DNA from: a virus
Lineage: Duplodnaviria > Caudoviricetes
Length of the DNA: 42,644 nucleotides
IMG/VR virus record: IMGVR_UViG_3300038315_000065
Span: 1-42,644 of that record
Strand: one strand, 5' to 3'
Positions 35,670 through 42,644 of this stretch are shown in pieces; within the stretch, counting starts at the first letter, position 1, and each line of letters opens with the position of its first letter. The notes below the pieces were generated by a model. That model was not told the DNA's origin and made no database searches. It worked only from the letters and a program-made list of their open reading frames with translations. The translations under genes were made by a program, and so were the position numbers.

Positions 35670-37265
35670 ATGGAAAATCAGGAAAGCAACTTTTTATATC
35701 ACACGCCCTGCAATAATTGCGGTTCGTCAGACGCTAACTCAGTTTATGATGATGGTCACTCTTATTGTTTCTCGTGTAACACAACAACAAGAGGAAATGA
35801 TTTGGAACAACCAGTAAAAGAAAAAACAAGTAAAGAATTTATAAGTGGAGAACTTACTCCTTTAACAAAAAGAAAAATAGATTTAGACACAGTAAGAAAA
35901 TTTAATTATCAAACTGGTGCGTGGTTTGGAAGACCAGTTCAGATAGCAAATTATTATGATAAAGATAAAAAATTAGTAGCACAAAAATTAAGAAACCCTG
36001 ATAAGACCTTTCAATGGCTAGGGGACGCAAGACAATCAGGTTTATTTGGTCAGCATCTTTGGCGGGACAAAGGACGTATGATTATCATAACTGAGGGAGA
36101 AATTGACTGCCTTAGCGTTAGTAAAATTAATTCAAATAAATTTCCAGTAGTAAGTGTTAAGAGTGGAGCACAAGGAGCTAAAAAAGATATTCAAAGAGAG
36201 TTAGAATTTTTAGAAGGGTTTGATTCAGTAGTCTTAATGTTTGACCAAGATGAACAAGGTAAACAAGGAGCTATAGAATGTGCAAAATTATTCTCACCTA
36301 ATAAGGCTAAGATATGTAGTCTACCTTTAAAGGACGCTAATGAAATGTTATTAGCTAATAAGACTAGAGAATTAGTAGATTGTATATGGTCTAGTAAATC
36401 ATATAGACCTGATGGAATAGTTTTAGGTGCAGATTTATGGAATGAAATTAAAAAAGAAGATACTTATGTAAGTGTTAATTACCCATTTGAATGTTTAAAT
36501 ACAAAAACACACGGGTTAAGAAAAGGTGAACTGGTTACGATTACCGCAGGTACAGGTATAGGTAAGAGTTCATTTTGTAGACACGTTGCATTACATCTAT
36601 TAAAAAAAGAATTTAGTGTAGGTTATATAGCTTTAGAAGAGAGCGTTAAGCGTAGTGCATTGGGCATTATGGGTGTAGCTCTTAAAAAACCTTTACATCT
36701 AACTAGAGAAGGAACAAATGAAGGCGAACTTAAAAATGTTTTTAAGACAACGATTGGTAACGGGAAATTTTATCTCTACAATCATTTTGGTAGCACTCTT
36801 GCTGATAATTTATTATCTAAAATAAGATACTTAGCAAAAGCGTGTGGCGTAGATTTTGTAATCCTTGACCATTTACATATGGCATTGTCAGCATTAGGTG
36901 ATGCACATACAAGTGACGAAAGAAAGTTAATTGATTATACTGTTCAAAAATTAAGAACGCTAGTAGAAGAAACTGGTATTGGTTTAATATTAGTTTCACA
37001 TCTTAGACGTTCAGAAGGAGATAAAGGTTTTGAAGATGGAAAGAATGTTGGTTTAAATGCGTTACGAGGTAGTCAAAGTATTGCTCAACTATCCGATATA
37101 ATTATTTCAATGAATAGAAATTTACAAGCTAAAAATAATCTTGCTCAAGTAAATATTTTAAAGAATAGATTTTCAGGTGAAACAGGACACGCTTGTAATC
37201 TTTATTATGATTTAAGTACAGGTTGTTTAAGTGAAGTTAAAGGAGATGTGTCTGATGAGTTTTAG
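35670..37265 (+). CDS. gp4: Primase-helicase
   Basis: Zn ribbon CNNC..SDA..CFSC, TEGEIDCL, AGTGIGKS, LDHL, LRGSQSIAQLSD, LKNRFSGETG; start ATG 35670. Confidence 0.97.
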   Translation: MENQESNFLYHTPCNNCGSSDANSVYDDGHSYCFSCNTTTRGNDLEQPVKEKTSKEFISGELTPLTKRKIDLDTVRKFNYQTGAWFGRPVQIANYYDKDKKLVAQKLRNPDKTFQWLGDARQSGLFGQHLWRDKGRMIIITEGEIDCLSVSKINSNKFPVVSVKSGAQGAKKDIQRELEFLEGFDSVVLMFDQDEQGKQGAIECAKLFSPNKAKICSLPLKDANEMLLANKTRELVDCIWSSKSYRPDGIVLGADLWNEIKKEDTYVSVNYPFECLNTKTHGLRKGELVTITAGTGIGKSSFCRHVALHLLKKEFSVGYIALEESVKRSALGIMGVALKKPLHLTREGTNEGELKNVFKTTIGNGKFYLYNHFGSTLADNLLSKIRYLAKACGVDFVILDHLHMALSALGDAHTSDERKLIDYTVQKLRTLVEETGIGLILVSHLRRSEGDKGFEDGKNVGLNALRGSQSIAQLSDIIISMNRNLQAKNNLAQVNILKNRFSGETGHACNLYYDLSTGCLSEVKGDVSDEF

Positions 37266-37473
37266 TACAATTTTTAAAAAGACTGAAGCGATGGAGTGGA
37301 CTGCTTATGTTTTAGAAGCTGTAGGTAAAGCAAAAAAATATCAGAAAAAAGTTTTTTTAGATGTTGCTAAAGAAAACACTGCATATATGATGGAAGATGC
37401 TCTTTTAAATATGGCTATGAATGGTGAAGTGGCGGCTTGGAGAGTAGAAGTGAGATTAAATACATTACAATGA
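37255..37473 (+). CDS. Hypothetical protein
   Basis: ORF overlapping gp4 end; AAGGAG upstream. Confidence 0.75.
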   Translation: MSFSTIFKKTEAMEWTAYVLEAVGKAKKYQKKVFLDVAKENTAYMMEDALLNMAMNGEVAAWRVEVRLNTLQ

Positions 37474-37553
37474 TAAATTTTCCTTTTGATAAAATGATGC
37501 TTATGATGTTTATTTTTATCACACTATATTTACTTATGGATATTATATTTTAA
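37470..37553 (+). CDS. Hydrophobic micropeptide (27 aa)
   Basis: MINFPFDKMMLMMFIFITLYLLMDIIF; ATGA overlap. Confidence 0.5.
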   Translation: MINFPFDKMMLMMFIFITLYLLMDIIF

Positions 37554-37694
37554 ATGAAAAAAAAAAGAAAAGAAAAAAATTATAATAAAGTTACAATGGA
37601 AGGTGTCATAGCTTGTGTTACAGTTGTAATGTGGTTGATGTTATTCCCTTTTATAATGTTATATGATAGAATTTTTGGTGGTTGGAAAAAATAA
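37554..37694 (+). CDS. Basic-N-terminus TM peptide (46 aa)
   Basis: MKKKRKEKNYNKVTMEGVIACVTVVMWLMLFPFIMLYDRIFGGWKK. Confidence 0.6.
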   Translation: MKKKRKEKNYNKVTMEGVIACVTVVMWLMLFPFIMLYDRIFGGWKK

Positions 37695-37696
37695 CT

Positions 37697-37975
37697 ATGA
37701 AACATAAACCAAGTGAACCTCTTATAGTTGGTAAGAAAAGATATTATAAATATAAAATTATATGGGAAGACATTGTTGGTGATTCAACTTTGGCTACTGA
37801 AAATGAATTTGATAAAATGAGTTGTGCTGATGTGCATACTGAGTGTTGGATATTTAATAAGACACCTGACTATGTTTATTCTTTTGCAAGTTATTTTATA
37901 GAAGAAGGAGAAATAGAATTTGGTGACAGAAATATTTATCCCCGTAGTGTAATAAAGAAAATGATAAGGATATAA
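37697..37975 (+). CDS. Hypothetical protein
   Basis: IIWEDIVGDS...GDRNIYPRSVI; probable ATG 37697. Confidence 0.8.
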   Translation: MKHKPSEPLIVGKKRYYKYKIIWEDIVGDSTLATENEFDKMSCADVHTECWIFNKTPDYVYSFASYFIEEGEIEFGDRNIYPRSVIKKMIRI

Positions 37976-37979
37976 AGAA

Positions 37980-38156
37980 ATGAGTGATAAATATTATTGG
38001 TTGTGGAGAGATGAAAAGAAAAAAACACAGGAATCTGAAAAAGAAAACAAAAAGTTAAAAGCAGATTTAACAAGAGCCAAAGAAGACAGACAGTTTGATA
38101 ACTTAGTACATAAAAAAGAAATAAAAGATTTAATAAGAGGTAAGTTAAAAAAATGA
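37980..38156 (+). CDS. Coiled-coil hypothetical protein (58 aa)
   Basis: MSDKYYWLWRDEKKKTQESEKENKKLK...; ATGA overlap with polymerase. Confidence 0.7.
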   Translation: MSDKYYWLWRDEKKKTQESEKENKKLKADLTRAKEDRQFDNLVHKKEIKDLIRGKLKK

Positions 38157-39883
38157 AATATGTTTTTGATATAGAGACAGATGGTTTTTTAAACCAATGC
38201 ACTAAAGTACATTGTATAGTATTAAAAAATATTGATACTAATGAAATTTTAAAATTAGATAATGATAAAGCAGTAGAAGAATTAGAAAAAGCAGACCTAA
38301 TTGTTGGACATAATATTATTAAGTTTGATATACCCGTCCTAAAAAAGTTTTACAACTTTAAACCTAAAGGAAAGGTTTTTGATACAATAGTAGCTACTCG
38401 TTTACTTTACCCTGATGTAAAGGAACGAGATTTTAAAAGAAAAGGCTTCCCTACTAATTGTATAGGACGACACAGCTTGAAAGCGTGGGGTTTTAGGGTG
38501 GGCGAGTACAAGGAAGCCTTTGAGACTGACTGGAAAGAATATAGTCCTGAGATGTTGGATTATTGTATTCAAGATGTTGAAGTGACTGATACTTTATATA
38601 AAACTATAGAACGTAACGGTTATTCTTGTCAGGCGATGGAGTTAGAACACGAAGTAGCAACTCTAATATTTAAACAAGAGCGTTATGGTTTTATGTTTAA
38701 TAAAGAGGAAGCAGTTAAATTATATTCTAAATTAAATGCTAGACGTTTAGAACTAGAAGATGATTTACAAAAATTGTTTCCACCTAAATTAGAACGTACA
38801 CCATTTATACCTAAAGTTAATAACAAAGCTAGAGGATATGTTAAAGGTGAAACTTTTTATAAAGAAAAAACAATTACTTTTAATCCTAGTTCAAGACATC
38901 ACATAGCGGATAGATTAATTGAAAGACATAAATGGAAACCTCAAGAATATACAAATGATGGTAAACCTAAATTAGATGAAACTGTTTTAGCAAGTCTTCC
39001 ATATCCTGAAGCAAAAGTTTTATGTGAACATTTTTTATTAGATAAAAGAATAGGACAGTTAGCAACAGGAGCTCAAGCGTGGTTAAAGAATGAATTTAAT
39101 GGTAGAATACACGGAACTTGTAATACTAATTCAACAGTCACAGCTCGTGCAAGTCATTCACACCCAAACTTAGGACAAGTACCTAGTGTTGGTGTCCCTT
39201 ATGGAAAAGAATGTAGAAGTTTATTTACTGTTCCTGAAAGAAAAAAATTAGTTGGTATAGATATATCAGGATTAGAAGTTAGATTATTAGCACACTTTAT
39301 GTCTAAGTTTGATGAAGGTGAGTATGCTAAAGTAGTTTTAAATGGTGATATACATACTGAAACAAAAGAATTAGCAGGGTTAGATTCAAGAGACCTTGCA
39401 AAAAGATTTTACTACTGCTTCCTTTATGGTGGTGGTGTAAAAAAGATTGCGTTAGTAACAGGCAAGACAATGAAAGAAGCTAAGAAGATACGAGAAAGAT
39501 TTTTAAATAATCTTCCTGCTTTGAGTAAGTTATTAGAGCAAGTACAACAAGCGGCTGAGAGAGGATATTTAGTTGGTCTTGATAAAAGACAAATTAAAAT
39601 TCGTTCAATACACGCCGCACTTAATTCACTTTTACAAAGTTCAGGAGCTATAATTTGTAAGCAGTGGTTGGTTGAGTTTAACAAAGCTGTTAAAGAATAC
39701 ACTGATGTTCAACAAGTTGTTTGGGTACACGATGAAATACAAGTTGAATGTCCTGAAGAAGATGCAGAAGCAATAGGAAAATTAGCTGTGGAATCTATTG
39801 AACGGACTGGAAAGCACTTCAATTTAAGATTACCTTTAACTGGACAATATAAAATAGGTAATAATTGGAGTGAAACACATTAA
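38153..39883 (+). CDS. gp5: DNA polymerase family A with 3'-5' exonuclease
   Basis: FDIETDG, GHNIIKFD, YCIQDV, DISGLEVR, AKRFYYCFLYG, VHDE. Confidence 0.98.
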   Translation: MKYVFDIETDGFLNQCTKVHCIVLKNIDTNEILKLDNDKAVEELEKADLIVGHNIIKFDIPVLKKFYNFKPKGKVFDTIVATRLLYPDVKERDFKRKGFPTNCIGRHSLKAWGFRVGEYKEAFETDWKEYSPEMLDYCIQDVEVTDTLYKTIERNGYSCQAMELEHEVATLIFKQERYGFMFNKEEAVKLYSKLNARRLELEDDLQKLFPPKLERTPFIPKVNNKARGYVKGETFYKEKTITFNPSSRHHIADRLIERHKWKPQEYTNDGKPKLDETVLASLPYPEAKVLCEHFLLDKRIGQLATGAQAWLKNEFNGRIHGTCNTNSTVTARASHSHPNLGQVPSVGVPYGKECRSLFTVPERKKLVGIDISGLEVRLLAHFMSKFDEGEYAKVVLNGDIHTETKELAGLDSRDLAKRFYYCFLYGGGVKKIALVTGKTMKEAKKIRERFLNNLPALSKLLEQVQQAAERGYLVGLDKRQIKIRSIHAALNSLLQSSGAIICKQWLVEFNKAVKEYTDVQQVVWVHDEIQVECPEEDAEAIGKLAVESIERTGKHFNLRLPLTGQYKIGNNWSETH

Positions 39884-40317
39884 TGATAAATACAAACAAA
39901 GCTACAAATAAAGGTTATGATTTCTCAATAGATAAACCTTCTAATTTTAATAAAGATTTAAAATATGGTGAGAAACGAGAAAAAAGAGTACACGACTTAT
40001 TACATATGAAAGCAGGTGATAAGTTTGAAGTAAAAACCGAAAGAGATTGGTGGCATAGAACAGATAATACTGCTATTGAAGTTGAATGTAATGGTAGTGG
40101 GTCAGGAATTACTACTACTAAATCAAAGTATTGGGTTCAAGTTTATGCTGATGGAGATGAAGATTGTGCTTATCTTATTATTCCTACAAAAAGATTAAGG
40201 AAAATAAAAGATAAGTATGTTCATAAGAAAAAAAGTGTTGGAGATGGTAAAAGAGCCAAGACCATTTTAATTCCTAATTCGGAAATATTATTGGCAAAAA
40301 ATTTAATCCAAAAATGA
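39883..40317 (+). CDS. PD-(D/E)xK-like hypothetical protein
   Basis: DLKYGEKRE, FEVKTERDWW..T.N.AIE, SGITTTKSKYW. Confidence 0.65.
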   Translation: MINTNKATNKGYDFSIDKPSNFNKDLKYGEKREKRVHDLLHMKAGDKFEVKTERDWWHRTDNTAIEVECNGSGSGITTTKSKYWVQVYADGDEDCAYLIIPTKRLRKIKDKYVHKKKSVGDGKRAKTILIPNSEILLAKNLIQK

Positions 40318-40328
40318 GGAAAGGAAAA

Positions 40329-41078
40329 ATGAAAAAAAAGGTGTTATTGATAGACGGAGACATATTAGCATATAAAATAGCTACAGCTAATGAAGTGAAT
40401 ACACATTGGGGTGACGGATTATGGACACTACATTGTGATGAAAAGAAATGTAAGTTTGAAATGGACGCTCACATAGATGAGTTGGGGTCTACCTTTGAAG
40501 CTGACGATTATGTTTGTGCTTTAACTGATAAGAATAATTTTCGTAAAGATGTTCTTCCAAGTTACAAAGACAATCGTAAACAAAGACGTAAGCCAGTTGT
40601 TTTAAATGTTTTGCGTAAATACATTATGGAAAAACATAATGGAGTTATGTGGAAAAATTTAGAAGCTGACGATGTTATGGGTATAATGGCAACTGAACCA
40701 CACCCTACAGAAGATAGGATTATTGTTTCTATTGATAAAGATATGAGACAGATACCTGCTAAAGTAAGTAGAGATGGGGAAACAGTTGAAAATATACCTC
40801 AAAGATTAGCTGACTATTGGTTTATGATACAAACCTTAGCGGGAGATAGTACCGATGGGTACTCAGGACTACCAAATGTGGGAGTTAAAACTGCTGAGAA
40901 AATGATTAAGAGGTATACTAATGTACCCCTTTTAGACCTATGGAAAATCGTTGTTGGAGCTTATAAGGCTAAAGGCTTTACTAAGAAAGAGGCTTTACAA
41001 CAAGCTAGAGTTGCACATATTCTTAGACATAAAGAATATAATAAGAAGACTGGGAAGGTGAAATTATGGCGGATATAA
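40329..41078 (+). CDS. gp6: 5'-3' exonuclease
   Basis: LIDGDILAY, NFRKDV.PSYKDNR, LEADDVMG, IDKDMRQIP, GDSTDGYSG.P.VG. Confidence 0.95.
   Translation: MKKKVLLIDGDILAYKIATANEVNTHWGDGLWTLHCDEKKCKFEMDAHIDELGSTFEADDYVCALTDKNNFRKDVLPSYKDNRKQRRKPVVLNVLRKYIMEKHNGVMWKNLEADDVMGIMATEPHPTEDRIIVSIDKDMRQIPAKVSRDGETVENIPQRLADYWFMIQTLAGDSTDGYSGLPNVGVKTAEKMIKRYTNVPLLDLWKIVVGAYKAKGFTKKEALQQARVAHILRHKEYNKKTGKVKLWRI
40919..40936 (+). promoter_or_regulatory. Possible internal phage promoter in gp6
   Basis: TAATGTACCCCTTTTAGA, 17/18 match to 18366 copy; upstream of nucleotide-metabolism genes. Confidence 0.6.
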
Positions 41079-41368
41079 TAAAACACCCCCCGCATTACTT
41101 TAGGTTTAAAATAGAACCGATTACTTTTATTATGCAGAATGAAATTCCGTATGCTGAAGGTAATGCTATTAAATATATATGTAGATGGAGACATAAGCAC
41201 AAAACTAAAGAAGAACAGTTAGGTGATTTAAAAAAAGCTATACAATATATTAATTTATTAATAGAGCAAGAGACTCAGGGAAAAGGCGAAGTAAAATTAA
41301 AACTCACTGGTCAAACTGCTGAAGAAAAAGCTGAAGAAATGCAAAAAGGTTTATATAAAAATGGTTAA
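41066..41368 (+). CDS. DUF3310 / gp1.7-like nucleotide kinase
   Basis: HPPHY..IEPITFI..GNAIKYICR..DLKKAIQY. Confidence 0.85.
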   Translation: MADIIKHPPHYFRFKIEPITFIMQNEIPYAEGNAIKYICRWRHKHKTKEEQLGDLKKAIQYINLLIEQETQGKGEVKLKLTGQTAEEKAEEMQKGLYKNG

Positions 41369-41735
41369 ACATAATCATTTGATTATTAGAGCTGATATTA
41401 AAAAACCACCTAAAGATATTCGTTTCGTAAGAAAGTGTTTAAGAAAATTAGTATCAGCTATTGGTATGAAAAGATTAGGGCAACCCGTTGCTCACTATGT
41501 AGATGTAAAAGGATATAGTGGACTAACAGGTTTTGCTTTATTACAGACTTCTCATATTTCGTTACATTGTTGGGACGAAGTTGTCCCTGCATTATTACAA
41601 TTAGACGTTTACAGTTGTAAAGATTTTGATAAGACTATTGTCTTTGATTTTTTAAAACAATTTGAACCTGAAGGAAAAATAAAATATGTTACGATGGACA
41701 GGGAAACAGATATTAAAATACACAATCCTATTTAG
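41361..41735 (+). CDS. speD: Pyruvoyl-dependent decarboxylase proenzyme, SpeD (AdoMetDC) family
   Basis: HLII, GLTGFALLQTSHISLHCW, LDVYSCKDFD. Confidence 0.88.
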   Translation: MVKHNHLIIRADIKKPPKDIRFVRKCLRKLVSAIGMKRLGQPVAHYVDVKGYSGLTGFALLQTSHISLHCWDEVVPALLQLDVYSCKDFDKTIVFDFLKQFEPEGKIKYVTMDRETDIKIHNPI

Positions 41736-42111
41736 TTTACTAAGTGGGTGTAGTGAATTTGCATTATTATCTAGTGGTTCTAGTTTAGCAATAAGTCATA
41801 ACAGTTATGCGAAAGCATATAGTGGTATTGATTTTGCTACCACAATCACTACAAAAAAAGATATTAAAACTCACGCATATCATTATGTAACAAAAGCTAA
41901 AAAACTTAAAGAGTTAGTTCTTAACACTATTGCTCACGACTTTGATGGTATGTCAGGTGATTTAGTTACAACACATAAAGTTTTTATGTGGGAACTTCAT
42001 CAGCCTGATGCGGGATTTTTTAAAGTTAAACATATGGAAAATTATAAAAGTAAAGAAGATATACAATGGAAAATAGAATCTCAAGGTTGGATTAAAATGT
42101 ATGGCGGATAA
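41686..42111 (+). CDS. Putative lipoprotein
   Basis: Basic-hydrophobic N-terminus with lipobox LLSGC. Confidence 0.65.
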   Translation: MLRWTGKQILKYTILFSLLSGCSEFALLSSGSSLAISHNSYAKAYSGIDFATTITTKKDIKTHAYHYVTKAKKLKELVLNTIAHDFDGMSGDLVTTHKVFMWELHQPDAGFFKVKHMENYKSKEDIQWKIESQGWIKMYGG

Positions 42112-42412
42112 AAGATATAAATACAATAATAAGAATCGTAATTTGGCAGGAAATCCTATACATCAACCAACTGAAAAATATAAAGAAGGTTGGACTAGAA
42201 TATTTGGAAAGAAGAAAATGAAAAAAGAAACTAAACATTATATTACACACGGCTATGAAGGTGTAGAAATTCTTGTTCCAGTCACAGAAGAAAAAACAGA
42301 ATCAGAAAAATCACAAGATGAATTAGAACCGATAGATAAAGAAACAGAAAAATTCTTAGATGATATAGCAAACAACACACCCAACTCAGGACAATTTAAA
42401 GATAAAAAATAA
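42101..42412 (+). CDS. Hypothetical protein
   Basis: YKEGWTRIFG motif; TAATG coupling to nrdA. Confidence 0.75.
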   Translation: MADKRYKYNNKNRNLAGNPIHQPTEKYKEGWTRIFGKKKMKKETKHYITHGYEGVEILVPVTEEKTESEKSQDELEPIDKETEKFLDDIANNTPNSGQFKDKK

Positions 42413-42644
42413 TGAATTACGAAAACGATAATTTACTAACCGACTTCGGCAAGACTACTTTAAAAGATAGATACTTATTACCTGATGAAACATCACCACA
42501 AGATGCTTTTATGAGAGCGGCAAAAACCTTTTCAGATAATGAAGAAATGGCTGAACGTATTTATGAATATGCTTCTAACCTTTGGTTTATGTTTTCTACT
42601 CCTATACTAAGTAATGCAGGAACTAAAAGAGGTATGCCTATCTC
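42412..42644 (+). CDS. nrdA: nrdA 5' part (continues at the window start)
   Basis: MNYENDNLLTDFGKTTLKDRYLLPDETSPQDAFMRAA..MAERIY; in frame with the overlap. Confidence 0.95.
   Translation, partial: MNYENDNLLTDFGKTTLKDRYLLPDETSPQDAFMRAAKTFSDNEEMAERIYEYASNLWFMFSTPILSNAGTKRGMPI

Noticed and set aside
42547-42644. 98-bp end repeat as the biological terminal repeat
   Set aside because: It lies inside nrdA and has k-mer-like length; it is an assembly overlap. Real ends are expected near 27 kb.

Overview
The window is an essentially complete, circularly permuted genome (~42.5 kb) of an AT-rich T7-like podophage (Autographiviridae). Bases 2-99 repeat at 42547-42644, and the cut falls inside nrdA. 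Gene content and AT richness resemble HTVC019P/HTVC011P-type pelagiphages, so a SAR11 host is inferred, not shown. All credible genes are on the + strand in T7 order. The physical ends probably lie at ~26.9-27.4 kb. From there the order is: early genes, single-subunit RNAP, SSB, endonuclease I, gp3.5, primase-helicase, DNA polymerase, exonuclease, gp1.7-like, SpeD-like decarboxylase, class Ia RNR, portal, scaffold, capsid, Hsp20, tail tubes, internal virion proteins, a split tail-fibre cassette, small membrane proteins, terminases and a lysozyme-like gene. No integrase, tRNA or CRISPR was seen. The most unusual features are non-coding. (1) A type I hammerhead ribozyme carries two extra hairpins inserted in its catalytic core and has an 11-nt duplicate of its cleavage site upstream, within an array of large structured RNAs that separate the early genes. 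(2) Mirror-image ~75-90 bp promoter modules converge on the genome end. (3) Paired (GAGCT)3 arrays sit directly before two phage promoters. (4) hsp20 has a ROSE-like thermometer. Protein-level oddities are a gp3.5 amidase lacking key catalytic residues and several unannotated micro-proteins. All calls come from reading the sequence by eye; no searches or folding were run.
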